Below the pieces are notes generated by a model. It had not been told where the DNA came from. It did not search any database and worked only from the letters and a program-made list of their open reading frames with translations. The position numbers and the translations under genes were made by a program. A stretch of DNA of 63,886 nucleotides, the filler included, from Reclinomonas americana ATCC 50394 (lineage: Eukaryota): NCBI GenBank assembly GCA_048213135.1. It is 20 parts of 20 records of this genome, joined end to end, with 100 filler letters (N's around TTAATTAATTAA, not from the genome) between each part and the next. Parts side by side here need not be neighbours in the genome. Positions count along the whole stretch, not along the records: positions 14,123 to 15,854 come from AFZH01023994.1; positions 15,955 to 18,316 come from AFZH01023995.1; positions 18,417 to 21,812 come from AFZH01023996.1; positions 21,913 to 33,625 come from AFZH01023997.1; 16 more parts are not named here. The stretch is one strand, 5' to 3'. This document shows positions 14,336 to 25,100 of the stretch, in pieces (positions within the stretch are counted from its first letter, which is position 1; each line of letters begins with the position of its first letter).

Positions 14336-15854
14336 GAGGTGACCGCCGATGGCGAGACCTACGAGGGCGCCTTTGTGGACGGTTTCCGTCACGGCAGCGG
14401 CAAGTCCATTCGACCAAACGGCGACAAGTACGAGGGCAACTGGAGCGAGGGCTACGAGTCTGGTGCCGTATTCTTTTGCTGCGCTGATTCCGCATGTTTT
14501 GCATGTCGTCTTACTCTTGGCGAATGCGATTGCAGGCGAGGGCTTGGTGCTGTACGCGAATGGCGACACGTACCAGGGTCATTTCAAGCAGGGCATGCGC
14601 AGCGGCTTTGGTGTGCAGACGTACGCCAGTGGTGCCGTGTATCGCGGCGAGTGGTCGGAGGACAAGCGCCACGGCAAGGTTTGCACGCTCTCTCCTCATA
14701 ACCGTTGTCATTTGTCGCGTGAGCTCAGCCGTCTGCGACGCATCCCGCAGGCCATCCTGAACTTCCCGAGTGGCGACAAGTACGAGGGCAGCTTTGATTC
14801 GGACCAGCGTGTCGGCATTGGTTTCCTGACACGCTCCAGCGGTCTTACGCTGCAACTCGAGTGGCTGAATCCCACCACTTGCCGCATCACGTATCCCAAC
14901 GGAGACACGTACGAGGTGTGTTGTTCGCCTCTTGCCTCCTGCTGCTTGCGTGAGACTAAACCTGCGGCCTCCTCTCCAGGGCGACTACAATCTGTGGGGT
15001 CAGTCGTCGGGTCGCCACGGACGTGGCACACACTGGTACCAAAATGGAGACATCTACACCGGTTTGTCGTGCTTCACGTTTGATGATACCTCCCCTCCAC
15101 CTTGCGCATCTCATTTGTACATGTGCGTGCAGGCGAGTGGGACAATGATGTGCGTGAGGGCCAGGGCTCGCTCACTGTCAGCGCCGACAACATTCCTCCG
15201 ATGCTCAGCGCCACTGAAATGGTGAGCGAGATGTGAGAGATGCGCTTTCGCGGTGCACTTCAAGTCACTCATTATCATCAACCCAGCTCCAACCGACTCA
15301 CGGCGTCGTGTACATTTCGCAAAACATCCTCGTCAAGTACGTTGGTCACTGGCACGAAGATATCTTCCACGGCGACGGCACAGCCACATTCACCGACGGT
15401 CACTATGACGGGGTGCGTCTGCCTCCATTTCATTTTTCCGTCTTTGTCCTCCTGCTCACGTACGAGTGTGGCTCTCGCTGCAGGAGTGGGTCAATGGTAT
15501 CGCCGAGGGTCACGGTATCCGCGTCTATTCAGACAACTCCAAGTACGAGGGCGAGTTCACCAATGGCTACCGCGAGGGCGCTGGCACTCTCAACTTTGCC
15601 GATGGCAGCTGGATCAAGGGTCAGTCACTACTGTGGATGGTGTTTGTGAGTGTGTGTCGCTTACTTTGTCACAACTCGCGCAGCTCCGTTTGTGGGCGAC
15701 ATGGCGAATGGCGACGGCGAGATGCACGATCCCAAGAAGGGCCACTATTTGGGCCACTTTGAGAATGGCGTTCGCAGTGGCCTCGGTCGCTTTGTCTTCT
15801 CCGCCAACGGCGACGTCTACGAGGGCGAGTGGGCCATGCATTTGGTTCGTCTCC
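14336..15854 (+). CDS. MORN-repeat protein, partial
   Basis: Repeated YxGxW/F..xxHGxG units (YEGAFVDGFRHGSG, YQGHFKQGMRSGFG, YRGEWSEDKRHGK, YEGEFTNGYREGAG, YLGHFENGVRSGLG) across about 8 exons. Confidence 0.92.
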
Positions 15855-15954
15855 NNNNNNNNNNNNNNNNNNNNNNNNNNNNNNNNNNNNNNNNNNNNTT
15901 AATTAATTAANNNNNNNNNNNNNNNNNNNNNNNNNNNNNNNNNNNNNNNNNNNN

Positions 15955-16754
15955 AGCTTGGGGCTTTTCTTCAGCTCGGCCGCGTCGCTCGGCAGGATCT
16001 CGGCCATGTCGAGCGCGCCGGAGATCAGGCCGGCCTTCACCGTGGCGGGATCCTTGACGACCAGGAACTTGACCTCCTTGAGCAGCGGTCGCTTGGAGCC
16101 GACATAGCCGTCGCGCTGCCCGCCCGATGGCGATTTGTAGCCCTCGAAGGCGGTCATGGTGAAATACTCGCCGCGCTTCCACTCGCCGAACTTGTAGGGG
16201 CCGGTGCCGATCGGCTTGTCCCAGGAGCCGTCGGCCTTGACCGAATCCTTGTGCAGGATCGCGGTCATCGCGCAGTCGGTGCGGGCGAGCGTGTCGAGAA
16301 AGAGCGCGTTCGGCTTATCGATCTGCATGACCACGGTGCGGGCATCGGGCGCCGTCACCGCCTCGACCTTGAGGCCCGAGCGCCCGTCGAATTCCGAGGT
16401 GCAGCGCCAGTCGGTCTTCGGATCCATGTAGCGATTCCAGCTCCACAGCACGTCGGCCGAGGAGAGCTCGGCGCCGTTGTGGAACTTGACGCCCTGGCGC
16501 AGCGTGAAGGTGTAGGTCTTGCCGTCTGCCGAGAGATCGACCTTCTCGGCGAGCAATGGCGTCGCGACGCCGCCCTCATTATAGCCGACGAGGCCCTCGA
16601 CCAGTTGCAGCGCAAAATCATCAGTGTTGTCGTCGCGGTTGACGCCGGGATTGTTGCTGCGGATATCGGCCGCGACCGCCACCGTGATGGACTGGGCTGC
16701 GGCCGGGCTGGCGAGCACCAGCAAAGTGAAGGCGGAAGCGAGCAGACGGTTCAT
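15955..16754 (-). CDS. Bacterial ABC transporter substrate-binding protein, family 5 (peptide/nickel-type), 3' truncated
   Basis: Signal peptide MNRLLASAFTLLVLASPAAAQ. Family-5 signature LAEKVDLSADGKTYTFTLRQGVKFHNGAELSSADVLWSW and PIGTGPYKF. RBS-like AAGGGG upstream. Intronless. Confidence 0.93.
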
Positions 16755-16801
16755 CGGCAATTCCCCTTGTTGTCTTGTTGTTGAGCTTGCGTTCGTTGGC
16801 C

Positions 16802-17686
16802 TCAGGCTGCCCTGGTCGCGCCGGCACGACGCTTGGCGAGCTCGTCGGCGAAGAAGTCCTCGACTCGCGAGACGGCCTTCAACCCGTCATGCGGCATGTT
16901 CGGCACGAGATCGAAGCGCACGCTGATGCCGTGCTCCTCGAAATTGCGGCGCAAGCTGTCGAGCCGTTCCGGGCGGTTGGTGCCGGCCCGGTTGGCGTCC
17001 GGCATCCAGCTGCGGTCGCCGGGCTTGTGGGTGATCTCCCAGGTTTCGAGATCGGCGGCGCCGACGATCATCTGGACCGCGACCTTGCGGATCGCCTCGA
17101 TGTCGGGCGCGGCGCCGAAGAGCTCGGCCATGTTGCGGGTGCCGACCCACCAGTCGCGCGTCGGGTCGAGCAGGGTCACCGAGCCTGGCGCGCCGATCGA
17201 GGCGGCCCAGAGTTTTTGGGGCTGCAGCATCAGGAAGCGATGGGTGAAGTGACCGCCACCGGAATAGCCGAACAGGGCGAAGCGATCGAAGCGCAGGCCA
17301 TAGTGCTGGGCGACCTCCTCGACCATGGCGAGCAGGATGTGGTCGTAACGGACCTCACCCTCCCGGATGTATTTGAAGCCGTTGCGGTTGCCGTCTCCCA
17401 TCACGCCGATCGGGAAGAGCGGCGCGAGGATGATGCAGTTGTTCCAGCGGCCGAAGGCCTCGAAGGCGTCGCGGTAGCCGGTGAAGCCGCGGCCGGTGCC
17501 GTGCATGGTGACGACGAGTTCGGGCGCCTGGCCGCCCTTCCCGAGGCTCTTGGGCACATAGAGGCAATAGCTGAAGCGCGGATCGGCCTTGCAGGCGGTG
17601 ACCGGCGTCGGGCCGAGATCGTAGAGCGCGCGGGCGATCGCGGCCGCGTCGTCCTGCTTGGCGGGCTTTGCGACGGGAGCGGTCAT
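16802..17686 (-). CDS. Bacterial alpha/beta-fold hydrolase (esterase-like)
   Basis: LVVTMHGTGR oxyanion-type motif, FGYSGGGHF nucleophile elbow, VGAAD and C-terminal H (NMPHDG). Co-oriented with and upstream of the SBP. Confidence 0.85.
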   Translation of the reverse strand: MTAPVAKPAKQDDAAAIARALYDLGPTPVTACKADPRFSYCLYVPKSLGKGGQAPELVVTMHGTGRGFTGYRDAFEAFGRWNNCIILAPLFPIGVMGDGNRNGFKYIREGEVRYDHILLAMVEEVAQHYGLRFDRFALFGYSGGGHFTHRFLMLQPQKLWAASIGAPGSVTLLDPTRDWWVGTRNMAELFGAAPDIEAIRKVAVQMIVGAADLETWEITHKPGDRSWMPDANRAGTNRPERLDSLRRNFEEHGISVRFDLVPNMPHDGLKAVSRVEDFFADELAKRRAGATRAA

Positions 17687-17708
17687 GCGGCGGTTCCCAA
17701 TTGGCTGT

Positions 17709-17726
17709 AAGATTGGCGCCAATTTT
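17709..17726. promoter_or_regulatory. Palindrome in divergent hydrolase/GntR spacer, candidate operator
   Basis: AAGATTGGCGCCAATTTT with a perfect 12-bp core ATTGGCGCCAAT (17712-17723). Confidence 0.4.
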
Positions 17727-17838
17727 GTTGCATGATATGGATGGCGCGGCAAGCCGGATTTGGACGGCGCGCGCAAACTGTGCGCGAGAGCGTCCCGATC
17801 AGTTCACAAGCATCGCTCCAATGCTCTAGAGACCCGTC

Positions 17839-18216
17839 ATGGCCACTCGTCCTAAAACCCGCCAGCGTGCCAAGGGCGAACTCGCCAACGAAATCGCCCA
17901 GGCGATCCATGTCCGTGCCTACCGGCCGGGTGAATGGCTGCGGCAGATCGATCTCGAAGAGGCCTTCCAGGCGACGCGTTTCGACGTGCGCACGGCGCTC
18001 GACGAACTCGCCGTGCGCAAGGCGATCGAGCATGTGCCCAATCGTGGCTATCGTGTCGCGGAACTCGATCGCGCCACCGACCGGGCGATCCGCGACACCC
18101 GCATCATCCTGGAGAACGCCGCGGCACGCCTGGTGATCGGCAAGATGGACGACGAGGCCATCGCGCGGCTCGATGCGCTGGCCCATGAGTTCAGCCAGGC
18201 CGTGCAGAGCGGTACG
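17839..18216 (+). CDS. GntR (FadR/FCD-type) transcriptional regulator, truncated by adaptor chimera
   Basis: wHTH pattern IAQAIHVRAYRPGEWLRQIDLEEAFQATRFDVRTALDEL..IEHVPNRGYRV, then the FCD start RIILENAAARL. Confidence 0.88.
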
Positions 18217-18316
18217 CTGCTGTACGCAGAGGCGGATGTACGGTACAGCAGTGTAGCCCTCGAACGGCGGTCGATCGGTGAAAGTACTCGCCGCGCTTCC
18301 ACTCGCCGAACTTGTA
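18217..18316 (+). other. Untrimmed mate-pair internal adaptor plus mate tag (assembly artefact)
   Basis: 18217-18251 CTGCTGTACGCAGAGGCGGATGTACGGTACAGCAG is close to the SOLiD/Ion mate-pair internal adaptor as I recall it (CTGCTGTACGGCCAAGGCGGATGTACGGTACAGCAG). 18252-18316 is an insertion-ridden copy of 16136-16196. Confidence 0.88.
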
Positions 18317-18416
18317 NNNNNNNNNNNNNNNNNNNNNNNNNNNNNNNNNNNNNNNNNNNNTTAATTAATTAANNNNNNNNNNNNNNNNNNNNNNNNNNNN
18401 NNNNNNNNNNNNNNNN

Positions 18417-20354
18417 GTGAGAAAGAAAGAGAGAGAGAGAGAGAGGGAGGGAGGGAGGAAGGGATAGAAGACGGGAAGCAGGAAGGGAGAGAGGAGAGGA
18501 GTTGCAGACAGAAATCGAAACAGACGAATCGGCGTGCAAGACACGGACATGGGAAACGAAGCAACGCGGACAGGGAGACAGAGAGCGAAAGACGGAGAGA
18601 GAAGGAAGGAAGGGAGATGATAAATGGGTGAAATAGAAGCAGAGGGAGAGAGAGAAGGTGGGGGATGGTGAAGGGAGGGAGAAGAGAAGCAGGGAGGGAG
18701 GAAGGAGAGAGGAGAGTAGTTGCGGACAGAAATCGAAAACACTCACATGGGTAACGAAAGCGATGTGGACATGGAGACATTGCGAGGGAGGTACGAAGGG
18801 AGGAAGGGAAGATGAGAGAGACGGTAGAGAGAGGAAGGGAAGAAAGAGACAGGCAGACGAGAGGTGTTGCTCAGGAAGACGATCTGCGCGTGCAAGACAA
18901 ATGATGCAACGTGGACAAGCAGACGGAGAGAGTGTGCAGGGAACGGAGACGGGGGGAGAGAGGGAGAGAAGAATGGGGAGATAAGAAAGCATAAAAACCA
19001 CACGTGTCGTTTTCAGTAATCAGAGTTGAAAATGCAACAGAGACAGAGAGAAAATGAGGGACGACGGGGAGGAAGGAAGAGGAGGGGAGAGAGAGGGGGG
19101 CAGAGAAGAAGGAAGGAAGGGTGAAAGCGAGAGGAGAGGAGTTGCTCAGGAATATCGAGCGGCGAACTCCGGGTGCAAGACAGTCACCAGGGAAACAGCA
19201 ATACGGACACGGAGACAGAGAAAGTGGGGGAGGAAGGAAGGGGGAGAGAGAGGGAGGCAGGGACAGAAGAAACATGACACGCAACGCGAGCGAGTTACAA
19301 AGGATGAGCTGCTGCGGGATATCGAAAGAGACGATATCCGACCTTGAAAGCGTGGATCGGAGACAGATAGAGAGGGCAAACAGGGCGAAGGAGAAAGAAC
19401 GGAGGGAGGGAGAGAAGCGGCAAGGAAAAGCGAGCGACGCGAGAAAGAGAGAAGACAAGGGACATAAGAAATAGACGAAACCAAACAGACACACGTGTCG
19501 TGTTCAGTAATCGGAGATGACAAACAGAGGAGAAAGGAAGCCAAGAGAGAGAATGAGGGAGATAGGGGAAAGAGAGAAGGGGGGAGGAAGGAAAGGAGAG
19601 AGGAAGAGACAGGGAGGTGAGTGGCGTTCCAGAGAAATACCTATAAAGTCGATGTTCTGGTCGACAGCAACGTGGACACGGAGACAGAGAGAGGGAGGAA
19701 GGGAGAAAGAGAGGGGGGAAGAGAGAGAGAAACGACAGGAGAGAAGCAAGCATCGCGAGAAAGAGAGAAGACAGGGGAGTGAGAATAACAAGAAAAAACA
19801 AAACAGACACACGTGTCGTGTTCAATAATCGGAGATGACAAAATGAGCGAGAAAGGGGATAGTGAGGGAGGGAGACAGAAGGAGAGAGAAGGGGGGAGGG
19901 AAAGGGGGGAGGGCAGGGGGGAATGGAGGGCGGAAAGAGTGAGGAGAGGAGTTGCAGACAGAAATCGAGAACTGACGATCTATGCAGGCAAGACACTGAC
20001 CTGGGAAACGACAGCAAGAGGAGGTGGAAGGAAGGGAGAGAGGGAAGAGAGATAGAGGGAGGGAGGGGGGAGGGGGATACAAACGACAGGAGAGAAGCAA
20101 GCATCGCGAGAAAGAGAGAAGAAAGGGGAGTGAGAAGAAGAAGAAAAAAAGACTGACACACGTGTCGTGTTCAGTTATCGGAGATTACAAAATGAGCGAG
20201 AAAGGCGATAGAGAGGGAGGGAGATAAAAGGGGAGAGGGAGAGAGAGTGAGGAAGGGAAACGGGGGAAGAGAGGAAGGGAGCAAGAGAGAGGGAGACGAG
20301 AGGAGTTGCAGACAGAAATCGAAAACTGACGATCTCCACCCTCACGACTCTCAC
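18417..20354 (-). repeat. Degenerate intronic tandem repeat (~300-350-bp units) in CT-rich intron
   Basis: Recurring blocks on +: ACACGTGTCGTGTTCA(G/A)TAATCGGAGAT near 19000, 19490, 19808 and 20157; GAGTTGCAGACAGAAATCGA near 18498, 18716, 19947 and 20303. Confidence 0.75.
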
Positions 20355-20654
20355 CTGGGAAACGACAGCAACGTCGACACCGAGAACACCACAATGTAGA
20401 CGAGCGCGACGAGCAGCGGCCTATCATCGGCCACCGTGCGCATCGATCGCGCCGCCAGTGCCATGCTCTCCAGCGAAAACATGCGATATCCACCCAGCGC
20501 AAGAAACACGCCCAACGCAGCAAGGTAACCGACAATCCACAGAAGTCGGCGTCTCCATGAAGTCGAAGACACCACAGACGCACCAGTGCCAGCTGTTAAT
20601 GATCCAGACGATGATGACAATCCAGTGACTTGCGCGCTGTTCCATCCCGTCAAC

Positions 20655-20693
<39 letters not shown>

Positions 20694-21040
20694 GATAGCA
20701 AGGGTAGAGAGGAGGCGGAGAGTGCCGCTGTCTGTGGCGTGTCGGCCTTGACTGCTCTTCTCATCATCGTCATCATCATCATCGTCCCTGCGCCACCGTT
20801 CTGATCGCTGCCACCACTGTTGTCGGCGTCGACAGTGATGGAGGCAGGCGTGGTGGTGATGGTGGATGTTGAGCGGAGGGGAGCGGCGGTGGTGTGTGAG
20901 GAGGTGGCGATGGCGACATGCAGATCGGGCTTGTTCGTGTTGTGAGCAGAGGCGCTGTGTGTGTGCGTGTGGGCGTGGGTGTTGGGGGAGCTGACAAAGA
21001 CGGCGGCGGCCATGGCGGCGGCTGCGGAGGAGGCCGCCAT
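20355..21040 (-). CDS. TVP38/TMEM64 (VTT, SNARE-associated) membrane protein, first exon
   Basis: Low-complexity N-terminus, then RRLLWIVGYLAALGVFLALGGYRMFSLESMALAARSMRTVADDRPLLVALVYIVVFSVSTLLSFP, the TM1-amphipathic helix-TM2-LSxP pattern that precedes the VTT domain. Ends at a GTGAG donor (20354). Confidence 0.7.
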
Positions 21041-21650
21041 GCGCACACACAAACGCCGGTGTTGTGTGAGGTGGAATGGACGGCGGAATCGGATCGACCC
21101 GTTACGGGCATGTTCGAATTGGGTGGGGTTCGTGACCGGAAGATTTGGAAGGGGGTGGAGAAGGGGGGCGTAGTAGGTGGAGGTAGAGAGCGACGTGTGG
21201 AGAGGGAGAGAGATGGTCCGAACAAAGATTCGGTTGTAGCATGCAGGAAAGCGCAGAATATTCGAATTCGTCAAATATCGAAAGCGTTTCGTGCAGCGGT
21301 TTGGAGGGCTGCACGTGGGGCCTCGTATGGTGAGACCAAGAGGATTCTGGTGCAGGGTAAAGTCGACTGAAGTGGAAACGATTTTCCGAATTCGAATCCG
21401 AACGCTTGAATTCGCAGAAATGCAGCAGGAAAAGGTGTTCAAAAGACGGAGGAAAAGGAAGGAGTCCTCCACCGCTGTGTTTGTCTCTCGGAAAAGCTGT
21501 CGTCTGGGACCGGCCTTCGTTGGCAAATGCATGCACATGCGCATGCGCAGTTGCGGCTGGCTAGCGCTTCGTGTTTGCCGGCAAGAAACCTGGCTTGCAG
21601 GGGACACGAGAAGGCAGCGAGTACTTGTGTTCCCACGGGGTCCGGATCTG

Positions 21651-21695
<45 letters not shown>

Positions 21696-22151
21696 GACGG
21701 AGACGACGCGCGACGACGGTCGGGTCGGACCGGTACCGGTACCGTACGTACGACGCGACGCGCGCGGTCGGTCGGTCGGTACGGTAGTTCGTCGCGTACG
21801 TACGTACCGACTNNNNNNNNNNNNNNNNNNNNNNNNNNNNNNNNNNNNNNNNNNNNTTAATTAATTAANNNNNNNNNNNNNNNNNNNNNNNNNNNNNNNN
21901 NNNNNNNNNNNNAGAGAGAGAGAGAGAGAGAGAGAGAGGCGGAGCAGCTGCAGCGGTGCGACGTCGACGTACTACGCGCAGCGCGCGTTGGCGGTCGAAG
22001 TTGTCGCGCGTATACCGGCAACTCTGTCTGTATAAGCGTTAATACTGCCGTTAGGTGAGCTCTGAGGGCTAGCTGGCGCGACCGCTGCTGCGAAGCGCGA
22101 ATCCTGCAACGAATTCGAATTCGAAGTTATTGGGGGTTACTGCGAGGTAGA

Positions 22152-25100
22152 ATGAAATTCTACCTATGTAAGTAATTATAACCCTCTCTCTATGCCAGCG
22201 CGGTGTTAGTGACTTTGTCTTTCTGTTATCCGCCATTTCGCGCCCTCCTCCTCGGCCACGCATCGCCGCACGACTCTAGCACCACCACCACACTCCTCTT
22301 TGCCTGCCATACCAGAGCCACTCAAGAGATCGCACAAAGAAGGGAGTGGTGAGGAAGCATCGAGTGTGTGGAGGTTTAAATTTGTTGATGAACGGAATGC
22401 ACTCGCGGCGTTTTCTTTGCACGAACATGCTCAGCGCCAAAAGCTGCGCAGGAATGGTGGCCCAGCGGAGTGCCAGGTGAGGAGCCAACTTGCGATGGAA
22501 ATCCTGGCCGAACTGCGCATGCCACTGCATTTGGCGCGCACTGCGATTGCGTCACATGATTGCGTCACATGATTGCGTCACACATGATTGCGTCACACTC
22601 CGTTTTACATCTGCCATGAGAGAGCGAGCAACACCATGAACATGTAAAAGCCCGTGTAACAGAAACGCCAACCGCCATTTCATTTCACTTCGCAGTAACC
22701 CCCAGCTAGCTATCCGCCCGGCGGTGCTCGCTAGTATATATTGGCGGACGCTCATCGCGTTTCACAGCTTGTTCGCCGCCACTCACGTGCACTGTGTGTG
22801 TGATTGTGGTGTGCGAGCGCGCACATATGTTGCAGCGAATGCGCGCCTGGACTGGAAGGATGGTGTCTTGTGGCATCGCGGTGAGTTGCTGCGCAGCGCT
22901 ATCAAGTGTGCTTGGTGTTCTCGCTCAACCATGTCGTCCACGTGTGTGCTAGCATGTGCAGAAGTCGATCAGCCTTGCTCACCTCACCAAGGCGGCGTTT
23001 GCAAAACTGCGAGGCCCAGCTGCTGTGCCTGAGCGGAAGTCGCTCGAAGAAACACTTTCCAGAGTGACTGCCAGCAGAAGCGAGCGGCGCCAAGTAGATC
23101 CGGAGCTTGCTTCACTCATGAAGGAGTCCATTGATCATCGCATCAACATCATTCACGAGGGCTTGGACACTGCGCTGACTGACATGAAGAACTATCGCCA
23201 CAAGCTCGCGTCTCTGGGCTATGCCGTTTACGAGCACGAAGGCGACTCACACGATGTGGCAACACCGGAGGGGCGCATCTCAGCTGCACGGGAGATGTTG
23301 TGCAAGATGGCAGATGAGTGCTCATCGAGGAGCGTCAAGTACCGTCTGCGCAATCTGGAAGTGGTGGACGTGCAGGAGACCTATGTCATTGTCGTTGGGT
23401 GCTGCTCTTGCTGCTGTATGTCACTTGACCTTTCTTTTCATCGTCTTTGTTGCGTTGATGGTGTGCATCTAGGTGGACCTTGAGCACCGTGAGGTCAACG
23501 TGTGCATCGCCGGTACCCGGGCACGCAAGGTGACAGATTGGTGGACCGATTCCAAGATTGGTCTCGGACTGTCGTTCTTCGGCGCTGTCCCGTGGCAGTT
23601 TGAGGCCGCCAAGGAGGCTCTGCGGCACGCCCTCGATGAGGTGGCTCCAGCATACGAAGCACCATTCAAGCCGTATCGCGTCAGTGTGCACGGACACAAT
23701 CTCGGCTCGGCCATCGTGCGTGTCATTGTCGCTGTCGTGTTATGCTCCTTACTCACTTCAAGGGGACAAGTGCACAGTGTGCCTGGTTGAAGCACAGCGA
23801 GCTGGCCAAGAACGCCAAACTGCCTGTGAACGCGTACTTGTTTGCCACCATTCCAGTTCCGCCTGGATGGGTGGACGGTGACACCGGCAAGGTCTGTACT
23901 CCACTTAGTGCGTGTGTGATTACCTCCCAGACTGAGCCGCGTCGCCTCCATATGCATCGCAGCACCAGGGCGGAATCGCCCCATATGCGTCAACGGCAGA
24001 AGGCAAGACGATATTCCACCGCGGAGGCGCTGTCCATTCGTACTCGAATGCCGGTGACTGGTTGGTCGGAGTGGCACAGTGGGTCGGTTCGCTTCGACGA
24101 GGCATCCTGCTGCCGGACACAATTGAGCACGACTCGCCGCTGAATGGGCATCCCATCGGGGATCATTTCAACACCACCCGCACCGGTGAGTACGAATGAT
24201 CTGGACGCAGTTGCAACCGGTGCAATGATTCTCACGTTTTTCGCGCGTATTGGGCTCTCCTCCTCAGCGATTGGGAAGAAGGATGCAGAATTTGTCGGTG
24301 ACACTGTCTCAGTGCTACGTAATGCGATGCTGCCAAGTGGTGAGCGTTTATGTCACTGGAGACTAAACTGCGGTTACAAGCCTCGAGCTCACAGCAGTTG
24401 TGCACGCAGATGTCTCATCGGTGTCTGTGGGCAAGGTGAAGCGCGCTCTTTTGAACGTGTTCAAGAAAATCAACAAGCACCATGTTGATGTGCAACAAAG
24501 TGCGCGTTTGCAAGCCACGCTCAATGACTGCCTGCAGAATTTGTGGAATGGTTCGCTATTCTCCCGACATGTACTGTCAGTGCCATACACATTCCACTTC
24601 TCTTGCAGAGATGCGAGGCCGTGTGATTGGAGTCGAGGCACAGAGATCGCTGGATGTATTAGAGTTCCTTGGCTCGCTTGTCGATGTGGTAACGGAAGGT
24701 GCGCTCGCACTCGACTTCGAGCCTCTGTAAGTCAGTAGAGATCTAGATCTCTAGAGGCTGACTTTTGGATCTTGTTCAGATGGCGATTCACCTGCAATTG
24801 CGGCGGCGACTCAGGAGATCGACAAGCACTTGGATGCTATCCACAGTTATTTTTCATTCTCTTTCGTCTGCTAGTGTTCGCTACCATGCTCATTGCGCAA
24901 CAGAAGTTCCTCGATCTGTGCTGCTTGTGTGTCTCGGAGTTCAACAGTTTTGCGGTGATAGAGTGCCTGTTGCGTGTGGCTCGTTGGTGCGGACCGGTAT
25001 GGTCATGCGATACATTATGATAATATCACATGATACAGAGGAGCACGGCAGCCGCGCAGGAAGCGCTCCGACTGTCTCGATCGTTTGCTGACGCTTTTGG

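Noticed and set aside
16775..17710. Long antisense or alternative-frame ORFs over bacterial genes (also 59682-60929, 60116-61081, 61155-62285)
   Set aside because: These are shadow ORFs of GC-rich coding sequence; the recognisable proteins are in the other frame or strand.
15955..18316. Horizontal transfer of bacterial operons into the protist genome
   Set aside because: Adjacency is only through artificial linkers, with no introns or sequence continuity with eukaryotic DNA.
21692..21812. Palindrome-rich GGTACC/TACGTACG tract
   Set aside because: It reads as a de-phased, TACG-flow noisy copy of the start of the next contig (21939-22016) after a (GA)n run, so it is a sequencing artefact.
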